A stretch of 62,793 nucleotides of DNA, the filler included, from Welwitschia mirabilis (lineage: Eukaryota), in the NCBI GenBank assembly GCA_051453625.1. It is 4 parts of one record of this genome, joined end to end, with 100 filler letters (N's around TTAATTAATTAA, not from the genome) between each part and the next. Parts side by side here need not be neighbours in the genome. Positions count along the whole stretch, not along the records: positions 50,615 to 62,793 come from JBOZIK010000001.1; 3 more parts are not named here. The stretch is one strand, 5' to 3'. Shown in pieces: positions 53,601 through 62,793 of the stretch. Both the position numbers and the translations under genes were made by a program. Under the pieces are notes generated by a model. The model searched no databases. It saw only the letters and a program-made list of their open reading frames with translations, and was not told where the DNA came from. The stretch's first letter is position 1, and every line of letters starts with the position of its first letter.

Positions 53601-56406
53601 TTCATAATTATTACTTAATCGAGTGGTACTTTATAGTTTCTACATACTTTCATGCATATTTCTTTAAGTGATTTTATGATTATTACTAAGGAAATTTGTT
53701 AGGTTAGAATTTAGGATAAAAAATCAATCTTCTTCATGTTCCTAGTTGTTCATTTTTATTTTGTTTTTATTTAGTTGTTTTTTCGGATTTTTTAAAGTCA
53801 TTTTCCATACTTTTTTAGTATTATATTATGGATCTAAAAATTTTTCTAGTTTATTATTGATGTGTTTTCCTAGGGTTGCTTCTTAATAGATTTCCATGAC
53901 CTGACAAGTTCTAGTTTTTCTTTTTCCATGAAGTTCAGGTACATATGTGGACTCTGTAAGCATTGTTTCTTTCTACTTAGTGCATTTTCTTCTCTTTTTA
54001 CATTTTTCTCCATGTATTCCTCTTCACCATAGGCATGTTTTTCAAGCTATTTCTTTTCTTTCTTCTTGTTTTCTATTTTATTTCTATTATTTTTTTATGT
54101 TTGATTATTTTTAGGATTTTTCTGGTTTGACTTTTCCTTCAAATAGCTTATTTATTGACTATCATCCCATGCCTGTTGTCCCAACGATAGAAAATATGAC
54201 ACTCCTTGTTTATCCTTGATGTAATTCAGGATGTATGGCTTCTCTTGGATGGGGAGGGAGGGGGTTGGACATCTTTCTGGGCATTATTCTATGATTTTTA
54301 GCATAAATCTTTCATATTATGAGCTTTTATGATCTAAATTTATGATGGTTTATTTGGATTATTTTTCATATTAATTTAATAAATGTATAGAGGATTCATG
54401 AACTTTATCTTGCAAGATCTAGTAATACAATCACAAAGTTTTCCCATATCCATGTTTTATATCATTTAAAAAAATGCTATATATACTCTTATCCTTTTCC
54501 CTTATGATGATACTAATGAACTTAAATACATCAATCTTTGAAGGATAGATCTACTTAATTCTATCATGTCAATTCATTATTATTATTTCTATAACATGCA
54601 TACACATTTTTAATCTATAAGCTATCAATGTTACATTTTTATGATTTCTATATGTGTATGGCATTCATTTATTCTATATTAACATGCTTAAGTAGGAGGA
54701 TTAGGGATATTTTTTAGCATTTATATTAGTTAATCTATTTTTTATATCTTTTCTTTACATGATTTAAATAAACTACATTTACATTTTTTTAGTACTATTT
54801 TATCTTAGTCAAATTGGCTTACGATATAATTGATCACTTACTTTTTCAGGGACTGACAAGCTAATTAGAAGGCTATGTTGCAATGCTAATTTTTAGGAAT
54901 TTGATGGTGTATTTTGAGTGATTTTCTAAGAAATTTATTCAAGTTTGGATGAAATAATGATAAGTATGGAGAGCTGATAAGATGATTAATGAANNNNNNN
55001 NNNTTGTGATATCATTTCTTACATGATTTAATTAAACTCAATTTACATCTTTTCAATACTATTTTATCTTAGTCAAATTGGCTCACAATATAGTCGATCA
55101 CTTACTTTGTCAAGGACTAACAAGGCTAAGTAGAGGGCTATGTTACTATGCCAATTTATAGGAATTTGATGGTGTATTTTGAGTTCTTTTATAGGACATT
55201 TACATAAGTTTGAATGTAATACTGATGATTATAGAGATCTGACAAGATGTTCAATGAAACATGTAATTCTTAGCATATTTTGAGGTTTCTCAAGCTTATT
55301 TTAACACTACATACTTTGAATGAGGATTCATCATGCAAAAGGCTAATTTACCTTTGATTAGAGATAAGGAATCCTATTATCCTCTTTGTTGTTCCCACAA
55401 CAAGTAGGACAATAATACTGCTAATATGGATAAAATATGTGGGGCTGATAGTAGGGCATGAAGTTGATGAAGTACCTTTTGATATAGGGTGATGTCCTCT
55501 CTGTCATCCCCATGATAGTTAGGACAACAACTATTTTTCTATGGTAAAAAAGAATTATCTTTATAATAGGGTCAAGAAACCCATTTGGGCTACTAGAGTT
55601 TATTTCCCTACTTCTAGGGTTGAGTTTATAAAACCTTAACGTAAAACTATAAATACCCTTTTCATCCTTCATTTTTATTTCCATCTTTTATATCTGATAT
55701 GCTCATGACAAAAGATTTAAGGATAAGAGGTCCATCTAGTGACTACAAAAAGGAGTTTTCTGAGCGTTAAACTGAGTCCCTTCTATTGAGGTGCTACTAT
55801 TTTATTGTAAGTGGATATAAAGATTCTTAAATTAATATAATTAATTTTGAATCAATACAATTACTATTTTTATTTTAATTCTGTGTATGTTCCTTATGGT
55901 TTACATTGATTGTAGTTTAAAGTAACGATTCTGTGATTTATCTAGATCATAAGAACAAACTTTGTTAAGGTTGAACTTGGTTAGTATTAGCTTTGTTTTT
56001 CTATTCCATTCCATTTCATATTGCATTCTATATTCTACTTGGTAGATCTCATAATTCATATTGGTTAGGAACTAGTTGAATACTCTTTTTAATTGATCTA
56101 AATCATAGATAAGTTAGTTATTGTGACAAAAGAATTAAGAACCAAATAGAATTCATTCCATTTTTATTTGCATTACATTTCCATTTACTTGCATTACATT
56201 TACTTATTTATTTGCTTTCAATTATTATAAGATAAAAGACCAAAAATATTTTGGAAATTAATTCTCTAATTCTTAACCTAGTGCCTTTATTGGGGTTATA
56301 ACATTTAGGTGAACTCTTGTCTATGCTAGTATGTGTTTTTGTGCAAATTATTTGATTTACAGGTTTATCTAAAGAACTTTAGGATTGATAAATTCACACT
56401 GTAACA
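50615..56406 (+). mobile_element. Athila-like family A, piece 4 (+ strand): integrase C-terminal half, duplicated 3' noncoding region, 3' LTR
   Basis: + strand VNYVTKWVEAIPTTKNNA, ISDQGT, HRIAYPYHSQTN, NREIKKMLKK, KVNG*RSKLY. Noncoding region is the reverse complement of 41012-43030. 52260-53475 recurs at ~53576-54790; partial LTR start at 54902-54993. Confidence 0.9.
55167..56406 (+). repeat. Family A 3' LTR
   Basis: TGatggtgtattttgag...ttcacactgtaaCA; TATA-like ctataaatac at 55647-55656; homologous to 39812-41011. Confidence 0.88.
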
Positions 56407-57000
56407 TTCCTCTTACATTATCTTTATAAACTTCTTGCATAATAATTCATTAGTAGCTTAAAAAATAATATCATCTACATATATTTCTATAATAATAAAA
56501 TCCTCATCATCCCTTTTAATAAATAATGTAACATCATATGTACCTATTTTAAATTTTTTATTAATAAGATGATCTAATAGTTTCTCATACTAAGCCCTAG
56601 GTAATTATTTAAGTCCATAAAGAACCTCTTTCAACTTGTAAACATGATTTGATTTATGAGGATTTGTAAATCCTTCTTGTTACTTAACATACACTTCCTC
56701 TTGAAGTATTTCATTTACAAAGGAACTTTTAACATCCATTTCATAGAGTTTAAATTCTTTAACATAAGCAAATGCTAAAAACATTCTTATTGATTCCATA
56801 TGTTCTAATGGTACAAATATTTATTCAAAATATATGCCTTCTTATTGATTGTATCCTTTGGTTAATAGTCTTTCTTTGTTTCTAATCATATTACTATGTT
56901 CATTTTTTTAATTTTTAAAAATCCACTTTATACTAATAATAGGTTTGTTGGATGGTTTGGGAGTGAGTTCCTAAACATTACATATTTTAATTTGATTAAG
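56407..57000 (-). pseudogene. Copia (Sirevirus-like) RT remnant between two gypsy LTRs
   Basis: - strand KGYNQ*EGIYFE*IFVPLEHMESIRMFLAFAYVKEFKLYEMDVKSSFVNEILQEEVYVK and later LYGLK*LPRA*YEKL. Confidence 0.88.
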
Positions 57001-57110
57001 ATCTTCTTGTATTACAAGCATCTAATTTTAATCACTCTTAGCTTCATAAAATGTTTTGAATTTAATCTAAAATATAAGTTGCAAATCCACAAAATTATTT
57101 AGTATGACTT

Positions 57111-59298
57111 TGTAATAACCCAAAATTACTACAGTTGAAATTTTTCAAACTTGATGCTCTCATACCACAATGTAAGGACCTGATTTTTGCACTTAAAATT
57201 TTCTTCTAACTTGATACCAAAATGTAATGGTAATATAGTTTTACAATGATTAAAGCTTATTTGTTAAAGCATTTCTTTTATCTAATGATTAGGATTTATT
57301 TGAAGAATCACTTAACTTTTAATATATTTAAAATATACCCTTTAGAATATAAGGGATATGAAATGTAGGCTTAATTGAGGAAAAGATTACATATCTTCAA
57401 AATAACTGCTATGATTTATTAATGAAATACTTAAGTAATTTTTGCTAATTCTATGCTTAGAATACAAATAATAGCACTACATGGAATCAAAATAATAGNN
57501 NNNNNNNNNNNNNNNNNNNNNNNNNNNNNNNNNNNNNNNNNNNNNNNNNNNNNNNNNNNNNNNNNNNNNNNNNNNNNNNNNNNNNNNNNNNNNNNNNNNN
57601 NNNNNNNNNNNNNNNNNNNNNNNNNNNNNNNNNNNNNNNNNNNNNNNNNNNNNNNNNNNNNNNNNNNNNNNNNNNNNNNNNNNNNNNNNNNNNNNNNNNN
57701 NNNNNNNNNNNNNNNNNNNNNNNNNNNNNNNNNNNNNNNNNNNNNNNNNNNNNNNNNNNNNNNNNNNNNNNNNNNNNNNNNNNNNNNNNNNNNNNNNNNN
57801 NNNNNNNNNNNNNNNNNNNNNNNNNNNNNNNNNNNNNNNNNNNNNNNNNNNNNNNNNNNNNNNNNNNNNNNNNNNNNNNNNNNNNNNNNNNNNNNNNNNN
57901 NNNNNNNNNNNNNNNNNNNNNNNNNNNNNNNNNNNNNNNNNNNNNNNNNNNNNNNNNNNNNNNNNNNNNNNNNNNNNNNNNNNNNNNNNNNNNNNNNNNN
58001 NNNNNNNNNNNNNNNNNNNNNNNNNNNNNNNNNNNNNNNNNNNNNNNNNNNNNNNNNNNNNNNNNNNNNNNNNNNNNNNNNNNNNNNNNNNNNNNNNNNN
58101 NNNNNNNNNNNNNNNNNNNNNNNNNNNNNNNNNNNNNNNNNNNNNNNNNNNNNNNNNNNNNNNNNNNNNNNNNNNNNNNNNNNNNNNNNNNNNNNNNNNN
58201 NNNNNNNNNNNNNNNNNNNNNNNNNNNNNNNNNNNNNNNNNNNNNNNNNNNNNNNNNNNNNNNNNNNNNNNNNNNNNNNNNNNNNNNNNNNNNNNNNNNN
58301 GTTTTCAGCATCTAATAGAAATCATAGCCAAGATATTTTATGTGTAAGAAAAATATTTACATGAGACATGTAAAAAGATGTAAGAATCAATTAGAACATA
58401 CAAGATATAGATGAAAGTACATAAACTATATAAGAAATTCAAATAATCCATAGAACCATACTGATTTTAAGATGAAACTCAATATCTTATGAAGATTTCA
58501 AGGCTTCAAGGCTTTTTAAGCTCAAAGACTAAGGTCGCAAGATTTGATAATAAGAAATTTTNNNNNNNNNNNNNNNNNNNNNNNNNNNNNNNNNNNNNNN
58601 NNNNNNNNNNNNNNNNNNNNNNNNNNNNNNNNNNNNNNNNNNNNNNNNNNNNNNNNNNNNNCTTTTTAAGCTCAAAGACTAAGGTCGCAAGATTTGATAA
58701 CAAGAAATTTTCCAATATATCAAATATAAGAAGGAAAAGATCCTATTTATAGTATAAAGCATAGGATGTAAAGAGGCACTAAGTAAAAGAGTGGTGGAAT
58801 TGGTGGAGATAGTGGAAGTGGTGGTAGTGATGTGGTGAAAGTGGTGGAGGTGGTAAAAGTGGTAAAGGTGGTAGAAGTGATGTGGTAAAAGTGGTGGAAG
58901 TGGTGGGGATTCCTTTACCTTGCCAGGCTACTAGGTAAATTATAAATAACAATTATGCTTATCATAATTAACAAATAATAAATGAGTCATGAGTGGTAAT
59001 AATAAAATATTCCTTAAACATAATAGTAATTATAATTCAAGATATTCTTTAGCATTTAAAAATAATAATTCTAGACATTAAGCATTTTTATTTAATTTAA
59101 ATCCAAAAATCATTAGCAGTTTTTAAAATGAGCAATTAAGTAAATAAAGCCAAAGCATAAAATAATAATTATAAAACTATTAGCTATAAAGGAAAACATC
59201 TAAGAATTAATATAAATATTAGCCTTAAAAAATTTCATATTCTCTTTTAACTTATTAATTAAGAATTTTAAACTTTGTTAAAAATTTGGGATGTAACA
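57111..59298 (-). repeat. 3' LTR of the Tekay-like element (contains N gaps)
   Basis: TGTAAT...GTAACA termini; TATA-like CTATAAATAGGA on - at 58741-58752. Confidence 0.75.
58790..58910. repeat. GTGGTGGAA-like 9-mer degenerate minisatellite within the LTR
   Basis: gtggtggaa, gtggtggta, gtggtgaaa, gtggtggag and gtggtaaaa in tandem. Confidence 0.85.
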
Positions 59299-59537
59299 TT
59301 TCTCCATCCCTTAAGAGGTTTCATCCTTGGAACTAGAAATTAGTAAAATATTCTACCTCTTCATACTACTCTAATTTTTCTTATTCTCATAATGGTGTCT
59401 TACATCTTGAATGAAGTTTCTTAAAAAATTATTACTTGCAATTTTTCAAAGGATTGAAAACTTCTTCTATCTTTCCCATTATATATCGTTTATTAGATTT
59501 CCTTTATAGAACTTAACTTGATTATTCGAGAGTTCCA

Positions 59538-59582
59538 TATATATATATATATATATTTTATGTGAGTATATATTTACATGTC

Positions 59583-59630
<48 letters not shown>
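59538..59630. repeat. Compound (TA)n/(TG)n microsatellite
   Basis: Two (TA)n runs followed by a long (TG)n run ending at ~59630. Confidence 0.97.
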
Positions 59631-59632
<2 letters not shown>

Positions 59633-61992
59633 GATTGGTCTAAAATGCCTTTCCTTTATCATAAAAAGAAAACTCTTGATAGCAAGAATACATAAAGATA
59701 GATTTCAAAAGATGTGACCTTTAATTCCTACTTTAATAAGTATTTATATCTACAATATTTTGTTATAATAAGTTTTTATACTAGAATTTTTATTCTTTCA
59801 TTTGTTTTAATTTTTGACTTTATAATTATTTTAGTAAATAACTTATCTTAGAGACTAACACAAATGAGCAAGATTTGTAAGTACTGTTGTGAATCTCTTA
59901 GCTGATCTTCCATTAAATAAAAAATTTAAACAAAAGATTTAAATAATGCTTATAGGGAAGAAGAAAAACACCTATGAAGATAGCCTCAGTAAGGTTGATA
60001 GGTGAGGCACGCAAAGAATGATGTAAGTGTATTGTCAAGAAATAGGATACTTATTGAGAGAATCGAAGACATACTTCCTAATCATTAATAAAGCTTGAAA
60101 GAAACCTAATTTGCAGATAGTTTATAAGAGAGTCAAGGGCATGACTTCTAAGAAAAATAAACAACGAGTGGTACTTCTCATAATGACTACTCTGCAAACT
60201 ATCATGAATCATTGTCAGATTAACCGGGTTAACCACCACATTGGTAAACTTGCATCCATCTTCGGATGTAAGATAATTGATGATTTTAGTTCCCCTACAA
60301 ATTAAAGCAGCGAATTTCATAGTGCTTTCTTAAGCTTTACATTTTACTTAGCCTCCCCTTCTTGTTTACATAACAACAAGATCTATTTTTATTTATATTT
60401 ATAATACACTCTTCATAGAAAATGTGTTATTACTAGTTTCAGAAATATTTTATTTAAGAAGGTAAGTTAAACATGATTTAAATGCAGTTCTATGAGGTGG
60501 TAACAGAGAGGAAAGAAAGGATGCAAAAAGAAGTGTGTTTCAAATAAAGCACATTTCATTGAATGTTTCACTATTTTTAATGAAAGGTCAAACATCATCT
60601 TTTTATTAAAACATTTTCTCTTATAAGACTTTCTAGGCTGAGTTTGGTAATTGCTATGCTTAATTCCTTCAAATTTCAACATAGCTCTATGTAACGATCT
60701 TCTTGATTACTTCCCCTTAAGATTTATAAAAAACTTTACTATCTACATTCATATAGTAAAGTCCTAACATTTCATTATCTTTTATAAAATGTTTTGTCAT
60801 TTTATTCATTAACATTTTATGACCAACACATTATGTTAGGATCCAGAAATGTAAATGGAAGTACTTCAATACATGAGACCATCAATGGAGAGGGGCTATG
60901 TCCAAGTCATAGAAATGATTTGGCATGAAGATAAGCACATGGCTAGTGTTTTCAATAATCTTGGATAATAATGTTAGTCATAAAGGTTAGGCATGTAGTA
61001 NNNNNNNNNNNNNNNNNNNNNNNNNNNNNNNNNNNNNNNNNNNNNNNNNNNNNNNNNNNNNNNNNNNNNNNNNNNNNNNNNNNNNNNNNNNNNNNNNNNN
61101 NNNNNNNNNNNNNNNNNNNNNNNNNNNNNNNNNNNNNNNNNNNNNNNNNNNNNNNNNNTCTTTCTTATAATTTTACTCATATCCATCTATGTCTAGTACC
61201 TTTGTTTACATCCTCCTCTCTAACACTATCCTTAACCCTATTACCAGTCACCCATTAACACATCATTAACTTCAAAACTTACACTGTAACACACCATTAC
61301 ATCTCCAAAAGATTCATTCTCACACAAATAAAAGTAACTATAGCTAATCCATGCTATTCTACATGAGACTTAAATGTAGATGAAGGCATTTACATTCTAG
61401 GGAAGGTGGCTATGTGGACCTCCTCTTCCTCCTCTTCTTCAAAACTATCCCCTTTAAAATGTCCTTTTCTTTCTTTTTCTTTTTAAATGTTCTAAATATA
61501 GAGGAATAATGCATTAAGCTACATTATGTTGAAATACTCAAACTAGATGCATTTGTTATTCTATTTAATTTATTTAATTATTATTTTTTCTATTTTATTT
61601 TAATCATTTATGATAGAAAACTACAAGTATAGTGAAGAAGTATTTATTATAGAACATTATGAATACTTTTAAGTACAATACAAAGATACCATGCATTTGT
61701 TATTAATTACTATAATGGAAAAAAAAACCACATTGTAGAAGAGATAGAAGCCTTCTAACAAGCATCAAGAGAAGGATGAAGAATATAAAATAGAAACCAA
61801 GAAGATTTTAAAACCTAAGTAGATGTAAAGATTGATCTTGAGCTATTTTAATTTTTAAGAAAAGAAACTTTTACATTGAAGGAATGGTTATGCATGAGTA
61901 TTTTCTTATCTAATTAATACCACAAACCAGGCTTTAATGTTAAAACTTATATAAGCTTAACAATAACTATTCTCAATGAAATTGAAACCTAG

Positions 61993-62004
61993 GCTATGAT
62001 ACCA
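61993..62004 (-). promoter_or_regulatory. tRNA-iMet PBS of the Tekay-like element
   Basis: gctatgatacca reads TGGTATCATAGC on - (11/12 match to TGGTATCAGAGC), 3 nt from the LTR TG at 62008; absent beside the other LTR at 57111. Confidence 0.85.
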
Positions 62005-62007
62005 AAT

Positions 62008-62793
62008 TGTAACAATCCAAAATTACTATAGTTGAAATTTTTCAAACTCAATGCTTTGATATCAAAATGTAAGAATCCGATTTTTGCACTTAAAATTTTC
62101 TTCTAGCTTAATACCAAAATGTAATGATAATATAATTTTCCAATTATTAAAGCTTATTTGTCAAAACATTTCTTTTATCTAACGACTAGGATTTATTTGA
62201 ATAACAATCCACATTTTAATATATTTAAAACATATCCTTTTAGAATATAAGGAATATGAAATTTAGAAAAGAAGACATATCTTTTAAATAACCACTATGA
62301 TTTATCAATGAAATCCCTTAAGTAATTTTTACTAATTCTATGCTTAGAATAACACTACATGAAATAAAAATAATAGCATTATCAGATATTCTTTTAATCA
62401 ACAAGAAATCAACATCTAAGGAAATTCCTTTGCAAAATAAACTATTATAACAAATTCTTAATTCATAAAAAATTAGGAATATTTTTCTAGTAGCTTGTAA
62501 ATAAAACAACATTTTTTTATACAAAATTCATATTCATTTTTCAAAACTCAATCAACACTTATAAGCTTAAGTACGAAAATATTTTCAAATGTAAAGTTAC
62601 AAGGAAAGCAGCCAATAACCATCTTCCAAGAATTACAAAATCCCAAAGTGATTATTTGCAAAAATAACAAAAAATCCATGGAAGACACCTAGCTTATACT
62701 TCTGTCTGCCTCATTTCTCAAAGCTTTTCTTGCATAAAAGGCATGATGTAAGAGCTATACCTTCATAGTTCCTAGTATGATCCATGGTAAGGT
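62008..62793 (-). repeat. 5' LTR of the Tekay-like element (partial)
   Basis: tgtaacaatccaaaattactatagttgaaatttttcaaac matches tgtaataacccaaaattactacagttgaaatttttcaaac at 57111. Confidence 0.85.

Larger units (their letters stand above)
57111..62793 (-). mobile_element. Non-autonomous Tekay/Del-like gypsy element: 3' LTR 57111-59298, ~2.7 kb internal region, 5' LTR from 62008 (runs off window)
   Basis: 57111-57498 is directly repeated at 62008-~62380. LTR ends gggatgtaaCA, followed by tttctccatcccttaag (PPT-like on -). Met PBS at 61993-62004. No pol motifs in the internal region. Confidence 0.78.

Noticed and set aside
1939..58364. Long ORFs of 160-315 aa in the ORF track
   Set aside because: All consist mainly of X from N gaps.
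58513..58710. ~50-bp direct repeat ctttttaagctcaaagactaaggtcgcaagatttgataa
   Set aside because: Near-identical copies flank a 100-N gap, typical of unmerged overlapping contig ends.
59340..59520. Possible chromodomain remnant next to the Tekay-like PPT
   Set aside because: The position fits, but I could not recover the diagnostic VKVxW...EATWE residues.

Overview
AT-rich, strongly CpG-depleted plant (probably angiosperm) repeat-dense DNA from a gapped draft assembly. I found no intact protein-coding gene, RNA gene or CRISPR array; the ORF track is mostly N-gap read-through or fragments of decayed frames. The window is a nest of degenerate LTR retrotransposons: (1) two Sirevirus-like Ty1/copia elements on the - strand (1-5074; ~6200-15208, the second with an env-like ORF), one more Sirevirus-type LTR and two copia RT remnants; (2) an Athila-like family 'B' with gag-like and env-like remnants but no visible pol (two copies, ~19300-30100); (3) four pieces of a gag-pol Athila-like family 'A', two sharing one central LTR (39812-41011); (4) a non-autonomous Tekay/Del-like element whose LTR end carries three stacked PBS-LTR junction motifs. 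One host-derived pseudogene is visible, a PPR fragment resembling At3g18020 (~48905-49240, -). Three 44N-TTAATTAATTAA-44N spacers are artificial joins. I cannot support a wholly new biological system. The best leads are the stacked PBS junctions, the pol-less env-bearing family, the shared-LTR tandem and a templated-filler repair scar. Family calls come from hand translation and recalled motifs, not database searches; most boundaries are approximate.
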